Positions 13,554 to 27,093 of a stretch of 64,000 bases of DNA are shown piece by piece. The notes beneath the pieces are model-generated. The model was not told where the DNA came from and did no database searches. It saw only the letters and a program-made list of their open reading frames with translations. Position 1 is the first letter of the stretch; each line of letters opens with the position of its first letter. Source of the DNA: Eledone cirrhosa. Its lineage: Eukaryota. The position numbers and the translations under genes were made by a program. Where the stretch lies: the NCBI GenBank assembly GCA_964016885.1, contig OZ024759.1:15004001-15068000 (forward strand), read 5' to 3'.

Positions 13554-14176
13554 CATATATGTATATATACACATATATATATATATATAATTGCTTCACT
13601 GTCACATATATATATATATATATATATATATAGTTTCACTATCTGTCAGTAACTCATTATCTGTATTTCGTTATGTCAGTCATCCCTTGTATTATACCTA
13701 CAATCAAAATAAGTATTATCTAAAAATTAAACTCCCATTTCTAGATATAATTTAATTTGAATATAAAGCACAATGTAAATAACTTAGTTTGAAGAGATAT
13801 ATACAGACACACACACACATTCATATATACATTCATGTATGTATATATATATATATATGTTAATATATGTCCATATATTTATATATATATATATATATGT
13901 CTTAATATATGTCCATATATTTATATATCTATATATATGTGTTAATATATGTCCATATATTTATTTACATATATTTATATATATATATTTATATATATAT
14001 ATATATTTGCATATATATATATATGCGAATATACATATATATATATATATATATACACACATATGAACATACATACACATATATATATATGTATATGTAT
14101 ATATGTATGCATATTTAAATATGTGTATATTTATTTATATATGTGTATGTGTATATGTATATGTGTATGTATATAA

Positions 14177-14213
<37 letters not shown>

Positions 14214-14816
14214 TACATACACATATACATAAATATACATATATACATATGTATATATATATATAAATATATATACATATAGATATATATATATAGATAT
14301 ATGCATATGGATATATGCATGTATACATATGTATATACATATGTATATACATATGTATATATATACACACATACATATTTTTCATAGATACATATATATA
14401 TATACATATATATAAACATACACTTAAATACTTATGTATAATAATAAAGAACCATTATTTCACTGCAACGTTGCTGGGAACAAACGGCCGCCATATTTGC
14501 CTGAAATTGATTAATCGGAGCAAAGTCGTCTCAGTATTGAAGGGAATTTTTAGAAAAACTATCTGCGGAAAGAAGCTTTGAAATTCATTGGTGCCAATTA
14601 TAAATAGTTTTGCTTTTATTTAATTAGGTTTCAATACATAGAAACCTTTGGATGTATTTACATATCAGTGCTTTTTACAAATGGAATCTGTTGTGTGTAT
14701 ATTTGCATTTGTATTTGTAGGCCTATGTCTCTGTGCTTGCTTTCGTCGTATATGACTATCTGATTATATACCTCTCGTAATTTTGCTCACATACATACAT
14801 ACTTACATACATACAT

Positions 14817-15120
14817 GATGGCTGCAAATCTGCTAAGAGTATTGCAATCGCTTGTCAGATTACAGAAATTGGTACACTTATAGGCTACGGCCAGCCCCAC
14901 GAACCTCTAACATAACCTGAACAAGCAATGCCTGTGCTTTGAATGTTTTTTTAAGTGGAGGAAGGCCTTGCACTCGACCAATCACACTGTCTGAGTATCG
15001 AAAATACTACCCGAAAAAGAGAACTGGTCAACATCATCGGATGCTTCCGAGGCCGGAGGGATTTTGTTTTTCGGAGGCAAAAAAAGGACTATTTTGATGG
15101 CCGTTGACGCTGCCGAGATC
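14817..15120 (-). mobile_element. Degenerate 3' end of an RTE-like LINE
   Basis: Shares ATGNTGGCTGC, AAGCAATGCCTGTGC and GGTCAACATCAT with 48749-49148; abuts (CATA)n. Confidence 0.6.
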
Positions 15121-15162
15121 CTCCTCCCTTTGATATACATAGATGCATATGTTTACACCTTC

Positions 15163-15593
15163 AGTCCACCCTGATTATACCTTCAGATTTATGCCTGTGA
15201 TTGTTGGGGCACTGGGATATGTTAGTAACTGCCCCAATGCAAATATTGAGAAGCTGGGCTTCACAGGAACAGAAAGAACACAACTATTTAGGAAACAAGT
15301 ACAATCCATTAATGGAACAGTAAAAATATGTAAAACATTCCAAAAAATGTTGCATCTAATAACTGCATATACACATGTACCGATACAAAGCATATACACA
15401 TGCGCACATACAACTAAAAACATACACATCCACACATACAATAACATCCATATCTACACATGCATGCATACATATCTACCTAGTTGATGTTGTGTAAATT
15501 CCAATGAGAGAGTCTTGTGTCTATGTTAGAAACCGACTCTCTCTCTATTGGTAAAACTTTGTGAAATTATAAAACCAGAAGAACATACATACA
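15163..15593 (+). mobile_element. 5'-truncated RLE-type (R4/Dong-like) LINE copy
   Basis: HPDYTFRFMPVIVGALGYVSN and a 3'UTR nearly identical to 52250-52650; ends AGAAGAA|CATACATAC. Confidence 0.9.
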
Positions 15594-15884
15594 TTCATAC
15601 CATACATATATACATACGAAAAAGTATGTATATATACTTCGTAGGTATGATGATGTGTTTGCGTGTATGTCCTTGTTTCTATGTGTGTGTATGTTTATTT
15701 ATATTTATAATGTATCTGTATGTATACGAAATAATACACCTGTATGAATATGTTCATGCACTGAAATTCGTGCGCATGCGTGTGATATTGTTTGGTTTCT
15801 GTGTTAAATATTTTATATAATATTAGTTTAAAATTTAATTTTACAATTCATACACACACCCACACACACAATATATATATAAAA

Positions 15885-16192
15885 CCCTGCGAGAGTCAAG
15901 TCTGTTGGTTCGAGGGGCACAACTATTCAACTCCATTCCGGTACATGTCAGAAATCTATCAGGATGCAGTGTGGAATCATTCAAATTGCAGCTGGATAGA
16001 TACTTAAGCACCATTAGAGATGAACCCCATCTCCCAGGATATACACAACGAGCACAAACTGACTCAAACTCGCTCCTACACATGTCAAGATTAAACAGAG
16101 AATCCAACCTGGCAACCACACGAGACTCTGAGGGTGGAGTCTTCGACTTGGCCTGAGCATGGACTCAAACTCAAATGAAATGAAATGAAATG

Positions 16193-16195
<3 letters not shown>
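15885..16195 (+). mobile_element. CR1-like LINE 3' fragment with (AAATG)n tail
   Basis: VRGAQLFNSIP...[16 protein letters not shown] resembles CR1-group ORF2 C-termini; short pentamer tail. Confidence 0.7.
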
Positions 16196-16265
<70 letters not shown>

Positions 16266-16287
16266 ATATATATATATATATATATAT

Positions 16288-16325
<38 letters not shown>

Positions 16326-16354
16326 ATATATATATATTGTATATATATATATAT

Positions 16355-16385
<31 letters not shown>

Positions 16386-16436
16386 TGTATATATATATTG
16401 TATATATATATATATATTGTATATATATATATATAT

Positions 16437-16488
<52 letters not shown>

Positions 16489-16562
16489 ATGATATTAAAT
16501 AAATGGAAACTATATTTATAAAACCATATTTATTTTATCATATATATTTCAAACAAACTTTG

Positions 16563-16626
16563 TATTTTATCTGATGAAAGCGTACCAATGTTGTCTTGGA
16601 ACCCTTGAAATATATATAATAAAATA
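16563..16626 (+). ncRNA. Minimal type I hammerhead ribozyme within fold-back element 16490-16700
   Basis: TATTTTAT-CTGATGA-AAGCGTACCAA..TTGGAACCCTT-GAAA-TATATA-TA^-ATAAAATA. Confidence 0.7.
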
Positions 16627-16808
16627 AATATAGTTTTATTAATATAATAAGATAAATATAGTTTGATAAATATAGTTTCCATTTATTTAATATCATTGAC
16701 TATTTACTCCACTACACTGTTGAGTGCTCTAAATCAGTTATAAACATTTATATTTGTCGGACTTCCAACAAATTAAATACCCCTTCTACTTATATATATG
16801 TGTATATA

Positions 16809-16952
16809 TACAATATGTTGAAAAGGTAGCACACTAGAGAGAGATACAGTGCGCTATCAATAAAACAGGGAAAAACCCCCAGTGAAAAAACCTTGTTTTA
16901 TTGATAGCGCTCTGAATCTCTCTCTAGTGTGTTACCTTTTCAACATATTGTA
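16809..16952. repeat. Fold-back inverted repeat, ~60-bp arms
   Basis: TACAATATGTTGAAAAGGTA... / ...TACCTTTTCAACATATTGTA. Confidence 0.85.
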
Positions 16953-17233
16953 TTTTAAAGAGCTCAGGATTTCCTCTCCTTTGAGCACATTATTTACAGG
17001 GAACGGCGAGAGTCTATGGCTCCGTTAATGTATCTAGATGTGTGTATATAAATATATATATATATATATGGGGGTGGGGTATTATGTGGTAAACTTGCAA
17101 CTTCGGTGACGTTGGTCGCAGCACTCAATGCTGTTGCTGCCGCCGTCTCTTGTTAGATTTAAGGCGACTGTAGTTGCAGAGAATATATAAAGTTCCGATG
17201 TGACCACCCATGTAAATTTGCGTATTGTCACTT

Positions 17234-17265
<32 letters not shown>

Positions 17266-17344
17266 AAAAGAGTCAGGACCCCGACGGCTGAGCTTCGGCC
17301 GTTTCGACAGCTAGATCCGAATACTCTGGTGCATTAAGATCCCA

Positions 17345-17568
17345 GACCTTATTCGCTTAACGAGTGCGGTGGGGCTCGTCAAATTGGACCGAGGAAACAA
17401 TGTTTCCATTGGTCTTTCCAATTGCTACTACTATCTCTCGGTCGCAAAGCCAGGAAGAAGGAGCAACGTGAAATAGATTGTCTTGCTGAAGGTCATAACG
17501 CATCACCTAGTTTGGGCATCGAACTCACAACCTCACAGTTGCGAATCCAATTCTCTAGCCACTCAGCC
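17345..17568 (-). mobile_element. tRNA-derived CORE-like SINE
   Basis: Minus strand has GAGTTCGATGCC B-box and GACCTTCAGCAAGAC CORE-like block; related to 63397 and 59570. Confidence 0.65.
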
Positions 17569-17590
17569 ATATATATATATATATATATAT

Positions 17591-17634
<44 letters not shown>

Positions 17635-17744
17635 TCATTTCAGTCAGGAATGACCATTGGATTTGATTTTTGTGGAAGACCAGTCGTCGCCCATCCATAA
17701 CAGCCTCCTCTCCCCACGCCACCGACATCATCCAAGATAAAGGT

Positions 17745-18710
17745 AATAATTGTTTCTACTTTAGGCACAAGGCCAGCAATTAACCAGTGCATTACTGGTA
17801 CTTTATTTTATCGACCCCGTAAGGATGAAAGGCAAAGTTAACCTCGGCGGGATTTGAACTCAGAATGGCAAGGGCCGTAACTATGCGTCAAAGCATGGCG
17901 TCCGACCCTCTACCAATACTGCCAATCCACCACAAAGCCACCAATTTTGGGGGAGGAGTAAGTCGATTAAATTGACCGCAGTGAGTTACTGGTACTTTAT
18001 TTTATCGACCCCGTAAGGATGAAAGGCAAAGCGAAACTTGGGGCTACATACAAAATACTTATTGTTAATATTGATCCTTTATTTCAATGTTTCGCCAAGG
18101 CTTCCCTCTTTTGAAAACCAGTGGCTTCACCATTCTGGGGATATGTGATGGTTGAAATGCAGTAAAGTTAAAATTATTTCTACTTCTGGCACTAGATCAA
18201 CAATTATCCTAGTGTATTACTGGTACTTTATTTTATCGACCCCCGTAAGGATGAAAGGCAAAATTAACCTCAGCGGGATCTGAACTCAAAACGTAAAAAG
18301 CAGTAGATCTATGCAGCAAAGCATGTTGTCCGACACTCTACCGATTCTGCCAATCCACCGCCGTAATAATTGTTTTTACTTTTGACACAAGGCCAGCAAT
18401 TATTCCAGTATATTACTGGTACTTTATTTTATCCACCCCGTAAGGATGAAAGTCAAAGTTAACCTTGGTGGCATTTGAACTCAGAATGGAAAGGGCCGTA
18501 ACTCTATGCGTCAAAGCATGGCATACTGCCAATCCACGGCCGTAATAATTGTTTCTACTTTAGGCACAAGGCCAGCAATAACCCAGTGCATTACTGGTAC
18601 TTTATGTTATCGACCCCGTAAGGATGAAAGGCAAAGTCAACCTCGGCGGGATTTGAACTCAGATCATAAAGGGACGTAACTGTGCTAGAAAGCATGGCGT
18701 CTGACCCTTG
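17745..18710 (-). mobile_element. Cluster of ~5 tRNA/Deu(Nin)-domain SINE copies
   Basis: Repeated CTGGTACTTTATTTTATCGACCCCGTAAGGATGAAAGGCAAAG. Confidence 0.9.
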
Positions 18711-19912
18711 ACGTTGCAATTTATTTCACACCACCAGATCCGGTTTCGAACTCACGACCGACGCCCTAGTAGTTTGAGTTGTTAGGTAAAATACTTTGTG
18801 ATATTCATACCGCCTCTCTGCGTACTCTAAGTTCAAATTCCGTCGAGGTCAACCTTCATTTCCCTCCTTTCAAGGTCGAGAAATATATTACCAATCGAGT
18901 ACTGAGGTTGGCCTTCTTTTTCTGGAAGTAATCAGCTATCTTCACACCTAGAGAGTGGATAGCCTCTGCTAGGTTTTAAAATATCAAGACACGTTGTATG
19001 TCACGACGACTACCATGCCCGTGTGGCGAGATCAGTAATTTCGAGTCCATGAATGGATGTGTAGATTAGGGACTGCATCCTAACGAAATGCTGCAACATC
19101 TGATTAAGCTATACAATTAATAGTAATTGGAAGATTATAATGAAAGAACATCAACATATCCTTGTATAATTGAGGTCGACTATCAAAGTTGTCCTCATTT
19201 AATGTTTGTGCGATCTAGAGATAAAGTGACGGGAATTTAAATCAATCAGAATCTGTGGCAATTTAGTTTGCCTGATATTCAAATAAGATGAATCATGCAT
19301 AAGAGATTTCATAGCATGTTTATTCATAACGTTTCCTGAGTCACTGATTATTCTCTATTTTGTCCTAACTGACACAACGAGAGATAAATGAGGCGTGTTA
19401 TTTGTTGAATCTCTATTCCCTTATTTATTAACGCTTTCGTTACCAAATTTCTAATGAAAGACACTGCTACTGTTTTCAATTAACTTTTTAAATATTCGTG
19501 AATTTGTAGAGATTTAGCAATGGAACTACATATCTCTAGAATTTTCAGAATTGTCAGCATAATATCGAACAGAGAATTTGTGAAATTCCATCCACATTTC
19601 ATTTTTTTTTTTTTTTGCTTTGTTTGTCCTTATTTTTGTTTTGTTTTTTTTTTTGGTTTTTTTTTCATTCTGAATTCAAATTCTGCCGAAGTCAAAATTG
19701 TCTGGAGGTAATGAAATATAGAACCAGTTACATACTGCGATCAATTAAAGCGTTTCCACCCTCACCCGACCACATGCCACCCCGCCACAAAAAAAAAAGA
19801 TTTCTGGTCTTGTTCCTAAACTAAAAACCGGTTGTCTGAGATTTACAAAAGTCCTAGGCTTAAATTAAAACTATGCTGAAATGTTTTGTTTTTTTAGATA
19901 AATATCAATACT

Positions 19913-20729
19913 AAGGGCGCTGGATTGGCAGTATTGGTAGAGCGTCGGACAACATGCTTTATGACATGGGGTTACGGTCCCTCACGATCTGAGTTCAAAT
20001 CCCGCTGATGTTAGCTTTGCCTTTCATCCTTACGTGGTCAATGAAATAAAGCACCAGGAACGCAGTCGGGTCGATTTAACTGACTTTCCCCTCCCCTACA
20101 ATTGCTATTATTACTTTGCCTTTCATCCTTACGGGTCGATAAAATAAAGTACCAGTAATACACTGGGTAATTGCTGGCCTTGTGCCAAAAGTAGAAACAA
20201 TTATTATTGTTATTCTTTGAGGCTCAGTCATTGTTGTTATTTAACTGGAAAGTTTGTTGAAATGAATATCAAGCCGCTACCTGCAGCCTCAGATATTCAG
20301 GACGTATCGGAGGGTTCTTGCTGTTCCCGACCAAACATGCCTTTTGAAGTGTCCAAAAAACAGGGGGCTGGACTAATGTTCTTTAACCCTCTTTCAGATA
20401 GTATCAAGTGCTCCTATGACAATCGGGACGACCCCTGATTTCATGACAGTCCCAAATATTTTTTAACTCCCACTTTAAATCCTGGTATCAGTTAATTTTC
20501 ACTTTCTCCTTTTCTTGCATATTATCATTATGGTCAGGGTCACCGTGGCTTTTTTAATGGGCTTTCTCCACGAATGTCCCTCGGAAGTGTCCCCCCTATT
20601 GGGGAAATTTTCATTGTTTCTTTTTTATTACATCCTCTTTTTTTTACACGCAGAAATGCCCATTTGTACCGTCCTGTATTGTCCTTAATGTTTTACTTTG
20701 TGTAAACCCTTGTGGTTAATAAAGACAAC

Positions 20730-20770
<41 letters not shown>

Positions 20771-21170
20771 CAAAACCGAGAGTTTAGCTTTGCCTTTCAT
20801 CCTTATGGGGTCGATAAAATAAAGTACCAGTCACGCACTGGAGTCGATTTAATCGACTCCCCCCCCCCCCCCAAAAAAAAAAAAAAATTACTGGCCTTGT
20901 GCCTATATAAGAAACCATTATTATTAGTCGGACGCCATGCTTTCCAGCATAGTTACGTCCCTTTATGGTCTGAGTTCAAATCCCGCCGAGGTTAACTTTG
21001 CCTTTCATCCTTATGGGGTCGATAAAATAAAGTACCAGTAATACACTGGGTAATTGTTGGCCTTGTGCCAAAAAGTAGAAACAATTATTATTATTATTAT
21101 TATCAAAACCGAGTTTAGCTATGCTTTTCATTCTTATGGGGTCGATAAAATAAATTAATAGTAACGCACT
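19913..21170 (+). mobile_element. SINE cluster interrupted by an L1/Tx1-like 3' fragment
   Basis: SINE units at ~19913-20205 and ~20780-21170. Confidence 0.8.
20215..20728 (+). mobile_element. Divergent L1/Tx1-like 3' end followed by (TAT)n
   Basis: CCCCCTATTGGGGA and GTGGTTAATAAAGA motifs shared with the 3'UTRs of the (GATA)n-associated Tx1 copies. Confidence 0.6.
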
Positions 21171-21637
21171 GTTTCAACACACGCTTTCAGATAAGAAATC
21201 TTGCAAAACGATTTACATGGCAGTGCTTTTTACAAATGGAATCTGTTGAGTGTATATCAGTAAATATATATTTGCTTTCGTATTTGTAGGCCTATATTTC
21301 TGTGCCTGCTTTCGGTTGTATATGCCTACGTGAACGAATTATATAATAGGTGGTCCAGTGGATTCGTGGTTTACTGAGGTTTTAGATTTGCTGTGAAACG
21401 GTCGTAACTGTGTATAATGACATATATACATACGTATATATGTATACCTATACATATATATCTATATAGATACATATATATGCATATATATATTTATACA
21501 CACATACATATACATATATATATACATATATATATACATACATATATATTTATACACACATATAAAACAAAGTCATAGTGTATTTTTGAAAATGGTATAT
21601 ATTTTCACTAGCTCTGACAGTTTGGCAGGTGAACAGT

Positions 21638-21687
21638 GAGCTGTACTGATGAAGGGTGAGACCCAGAAACATTAGTGTCTGCAGTTC
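21638..21687 (+). ncRNA. Type I hammerhead ribozyme
   Basis: GAGCTGTA-CTGATGA-A GGGT GAG ACCC A-GAAA-CA TTAG TG-TC^-TGCAGTTC; predicted GUC cleavage after 21679. Confidence 0.8.
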
Positions 21688-21789
21688 TATTCACATGCCA
21701 ACATAAGAGCAAGAATGAAGTGTTCATTCTACTGACATGACTATAATTGCAAACGAATGTTATTAATATTCGAAAAACTCAGATTACAT

Positions 21790-22480
21790 TTATACACACA
21801 TACATATACATATATATATATTTATACACATACACACATTCATATACATACATATATATTTATACACATACGTACATATTTATACACACATACATATACA
21901 TATATATTTATACACATACATATTTATACACACATACATATACATACATATATATTTATACACATACGTACATATTTATACACACATACATATACATATA
22001 TATTTATACACATACGTACATATTTATACACATACAAATACATACATATATATTTATACACATACGTACATATTTATACACACATACATATACATACATA
22101 TATATTTATACACATACGTACATATTTATACACACATATATATACATACATATATATTTATACACATACATATTTATACACACATACATATACATACATA
22201 GTTATACACACATACATATACATACATATATATTTATACACATACATATTTATACACACATACATATACATACATATATATTTATACACATACGTACATA
22301 TTTATACACACAAACATATACATACATATATATTTATACACATACATATTTTTACACATACATACATACATATTTATACACACATACATATACATACATA
22401 TATATTTATACACAAACGTACATATTTATACACACATACATACATATACATACATACGCATACATACATATATATACATA
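21790..22480. repeat. Higher-order repeat built from CATA/TA units
   Basis: Recurring CATATTTATACACACATACATATA blocks with CATACGTACA variants. Confidence 0.85.
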
Positions 22481-22796
22481 TATTAGATCATTTAGATTAA
22501 ATATCATACATTATATATGTGGTTTTATGAAGGTAATACAATATTTAAAGCGTACAATATAAGAATCCTAGTGAGATCGTGTGTCAGTGGACACCATGTA
22601 ATAATGGTAATTGCAACATCTGTAGAAAGAAGCCAAAGCAATTAAAGCTATGTAAAGTGTATGATGAATTAATAGTAAGCATCAGTATATCTCTTTCGCA
22701 CTCTTCTCTCTGCTCTGGTTTCCGGTTTTCTTTATTCTATCACTCCCCTTCTGTCTTTTGCTCTTTCTCATATATATATATATAAACATACACACT

Positions 22797-22867
<71 letters not shown>

Positions 22868-23021
22868 CACGAACCAAAGTATCGTCTTCCTGTCTTCCTC
22901 CGGTTGCAACGTTTTTTGAAATATCCAGTTCTGCGTTTACAGATTGACTTTGTTAGTTTCAGAAGATCCCGTTAAGGGTGAAAGCAGCGATTCTTTGCTT
23001 AAACTTTAATCTGCTATTTTA

Positions 23022-23060
<39 letters not shown>

Positions 23061-23203
23061 TTTTGTTGGTTCACCATTGGATAGAACTGGTCATTCCGTA
23101 TGGTCAATCCTGGTGTAATATTGTGAAGAGTACTCAACGCAGTGCAGTTCATCCATCTTCGTTTGTGTAGTTGATGGTGCGAATACGGAGTTAATTATAA
23201 ATA

Positions 23204-23479
23204 AAATAAAATAACAGGAGGCTGGACTGGTTTAAATCCTTGAAAGGTTTATTATACTATGATCATTTCAATGACCGGGTTCCATATGAATCCGGTGATA
23301 TCATCAGGTATCGTCTCTGTCTCTGATTTTTCGTACCCATGGTTTTTTACATATTCCTTTGTTATATTCCAATACCTGATGATATCAGCGGATTCATATG
23401 GAACCCGGTCATTGAAATGATCATAGTATAATAAACCTTTCAAGGATTTACACCAGTCCAGCCTCCTGTTATTTTATTT
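23204..23479. mobile_element. Fold-back Penelope-like repeat with a hammerhead motif in each arm
   Basis: Arms 23204-23310 and 23372-23479; ATAC-CTGATGA-..-GAAA-TGATCA-TA^-GTAT. Confidence 0.75.
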
Positions 23480-24094
23480 ATATATATATATATATAAACA
23501 TACACACACGCATTATATATATCTATAGTGTCTATAGTGGATTGGCAGTATCGGTAGAGGGTCGGACGCCATGTAACCGATATAACAATTCGGTCTATAT
23601 CAGATTGGGTAGATTTTTGTAACCTTAAAAGTATCCAACTAAATTCCTTCATGCTCTCCACTACTGCAGTCCCACATGCTACTGCTCTGTAACTATTGCT
23701 TTCATTGTACCATAGCACAACAAATACATGTTCGGTTTGTCGAATGCCTTTTTACTTAACCCTATCATCTTGGTTTTCGTGGGTTGAACATTTTACTCTC
23801 AGGCACCCAACCGTAAAATCTGTCCAGCGATTATTTGCTCAGACATTCTAACCATGTGCCCATAGTATCAGAGCTGTGATCTCTCAATTCAAAGATTCTT
23901 TCTTGAAATATTCTAACTACATGCCCATAGTACCGGAGCTGTGACCTCTCAATTTGGAGAAGTAGCGACTCTACCTAGAGTGACTCTATGATCTCTGAGC
24001 GACGTAGTCTATCGAGTTATGTTACTCCAAAGACCATTCGGAGGAACGCCCCCCCCCCCCCCGTTCCCTCAATCTACCTTGTTTTTTCATTCTT

Positions 24095-24130
24095 TCTTCT
24101 GATGAAGGACTAGCGTCCGAAACGTTAAGA
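24095..24130 (+). ncRNA. Ultra-minimal type I hammerhead ribozyme
   Basis: TCTT-CTGATGA-A GGAC TAGC GTCC-GAAA-CG-TT^-AAGA; stem III reduced to the palindrome ACGT. Confidence 0.7.
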
Positions 24131-24226
24131 CCCTCTTCCTGCTATATCAAGCGTTAACCTAATATAACCCTTCCATATACTGTACCGATTGTGTTGTTAT
24201 TTCTGTTTACCTTTTACATACACACG

Positions 24227-24257
<31 letters not shown>

Positions 24258-24477
24258 GAGTGTTAGTGTGTGAGTATGCTTCAATAGTGTGTGTGTACTT
24301 ATGTGTCGTAACTTAGCGGTTCAACAAAATAAATATCACATGTGATAAAATAATCACTGTGGTAGTGCCCCAGTATGACCGCTGTTTAATCAGTAAAGTT
24401 AATAAATAAATAAGAATAAAGAATAAATCAATATTTTATATATAATTCTAGCTCGGAATGTGTGTATATGTGTATGT

Positions 24478-25020
24478 GAGATAAATAGTGAGAGAGGGGT
24501 GAGTGATGGAGAGATAGTGAGATAGGGGTGAGTGAGGGAGAGATAGTGCGAGAGGGGTGAGTGATGGAGAGATAGTGAGAGAGGGGTGAGTGATGGAGAG
24601 ATAGTGAGAGAGGGTTAGTGAGAGAGAGATAGTGAGAGAGGGGTGAGTGAGGGAGAGATGGGGAGTGATGGAGAGGGATAAAGAGGAGAAGAGGGGGAAA
24701 GGGGGAGAGAGGAAGAGAAAAGGAGAATGAGGGGGAGAGAAAAGGAGAGTGACGGGCGTGTGGGGTAAGAGTGAGAAGGAGAGAAAGTGATGGAGGGAGG
24801 ATGAGGGGGGTTATAGAGACAGACAGAGGAGGACAGTGGGAAAGATAGAGGGTAGATAGTGGGGAAAGGTAGAAGTAGAGAGAGAGGTAGAAGGGGAGAG
24901 GGGTTAGAGAGAGGTAGAAGAGGGGTAGAGAGGTAGAGAGAGAGTGATGGGGAGAGGTAGAGGTAGAGATAGGCAGAGAGAGGGCGAGCGACAGCAGTAG
25001 AGAGAGGTAGAGAGAGATGT
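24478..25020. repeat. GA-rich 28-bp minisatellite decaying into a purine-rich low-complexity tract
   Basis: GAGATAGTGAGAGAGGGGTGAGTGATGG-type units. Confidence 0.8.
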
Positions 25021-25079
25021 AAACGCTTGTTTATGAACTTCTCATTAGAAATCTCGACAGTGACACAGAATCACGGATC

Positions 25080-25920
25080 ATAGACATAGAAACGATGCAA
25101 GTTTATAAAAGCAAAAGTTTTGTGTGTTGAACAAATGTTGAGACAAGCAGGAAGTCGACCAGAACGAGAGACATGATTAAAAAATCAAAATATAATCAAT
25201 TATTATTACAACAATATTACAAAAATCATTAAAACTGTTATAACAATATTTTCAACAATACAAGTACAAAGTATAATATAGAAATTTGTAGCGTTTGATA
25301 TTATTCAACAACAACACTAATAACAAAAAAAAATGTTCTAAAAATCAATAGGAATTGACTAGAAATGAAATGGTTATTCAAATATTTCTATAACCTACCC
25401 CAAATAACAATAGAAAAGTAAAAATATTTGTCACTGTAAAATCTAATAAAACTCCCATAAACTGCATTACATAAACCAAATGCTCGATGGTCATAAAATA
25501 GAACAACGCATTATTAAAGAATTCAACAAATTTGTTTCACACTTTATCATAAATTAATACTTAATAATATATTACAAAAACACAACCATTATGAATATCA
25601 TCATCAGCATTGTTGTGATCAACAACACAATATCATAAGTCTCGTAGCTAATGAATACATTTGAGAAGACTAATGTAATTTTAAAACACATATACAATAA
25701 TGAAAGTTTTAAACGTCATGTCTATCATTGCAAATGTTCGATGTACATATGCAACATAGTGTTTTTCTCCAAAATGGCTGACACTTGTTATTTCTGAAAA
25801 ATATTTTTCTATCCATTCTTTCCTCTTCTCGTTCTCTATCTTTCTGGTTCATCTTTTATTTCTCATTCTATCATCTGATGAAGGAATAGAGTCCGAAGCG
25901 TTAAGACTCTTTTCCTACTA
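25080..25920 (+). mobile_element. Probable degenerate Penelope-like ORF relic ending in a hammerhead-like repeat
   Basis: Broken reading frames such as KIEQRIIKE and LILIIYYKN resemble PLE C-terminal regions; CTGATGAAGGA...GTCCGAAGCGTTAAGA at 25875. Confidence 0.45.
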
Positions 25921-26043
25921 GGTATGTATATGTGGTCCCGTAGGAGGGCAAAAGAGATGGAGGCGATGACAGTGGGAGTTCTGCTCTCCTCTCTGTTCGG
26001 ACCTGGTGTGCAGCGCCAGTTGTCCGTAGAGAGGTAGTGATTC

Positions 26044-26126
<83 letters not shown>

Positions 26127-26289
26127 GGAGGTGAGTTTTATTGTAGTACAATAAAGCAATGCAGATATCGGATAAGAAGCACTCTACAGTTTGTAGGACT
26201 GGAGTATACATAATATATAAGATCAAAAGATATGTTGATTTAAAACTGCACTATCCACAAGTATTTTTAACCTTCATATCATGTCTTCC

Positions 26290-26360
26290 TATTTTATCTG
26301 ATGAAAACACAAATGTTATTGCATGATGATATTTGTGTTTGAAATGCGCATAATAAAATA
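26290..26360 (+). ncRNA. Intact type I hammerhead ribozyme
   Basis: Stem I TATTTTAT/ATAAAATA, core CTGATGA, 15-bp stem II AAACACAAATGTTAT/ATGATATTTGTGTTT, GAAA, palindromic stem III ATGCGCAT, AUA cleavage after 26352. Confidence 0.88.
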
Positions 26361-26390
26361 CATCGAACTCTTTTAACCATCTTTTGATCT

Positions 26391-26474
<84 letters not shown>

Positions 26475-26729
26475 CTACTACAGAAGTCCGACAATCTTTT
26501 GATTCCAGAGTCGAACCAGATCGATACAATTCGAACCTTGAGCTGATCAGTAGCGAAACACGTGCCACCAACAAATAACGTAATGATGCGGGTAACCATT
26601 CGTCCTTGTATCATTATACACTCTGACTGGCTCTACACCTCGATACTGATGTGAACCTAAACATCGACGAGTGCTCACCCAGGTAAACCTACAGTAACTC
26701 CGCGTTACACTCCCTATATATATATATTC

Positions 26730-27060
26730 TAGGGCGGGTAAAATTCCTGAGATCCATGGACGAGTTCTCTCCAGCGGTCTCTGTCCCTCATTATCGCTGC
26801 CATGTCCTGCGTCTCCAACAGACCAGTGTCTGTCCTTAGGGCATCAACATATGTTAACCTCGGTCTTCTGTTCCAGTGTGTCCATGTAGGGGCTCCCACA
26901 GGAGCACTGAGTACAATCTCAACTCTGGATGCCGGTGAACATGTCCAACTAACCTCAGTCTCCTATGTGTCACTTTTGAGCTTTTCATCCTCAGTGTATA
27001 CTGATTAATGTTCAGAGCCATCCTCAGCATTCTCGTGTAGCACCCATCCACCATCTGAGT
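26730..27060 (-). pseudogene. RTE-clade LINE RT C-terminal relic
   Basis: DGCYTRMLRMALNI...RRLRLVGHVHRHPE...VLLWEP. Confidence 0.75.
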
Positions 27061-27093
27061 GAGTTTCTTATATATATGAGTATTATATAATTA

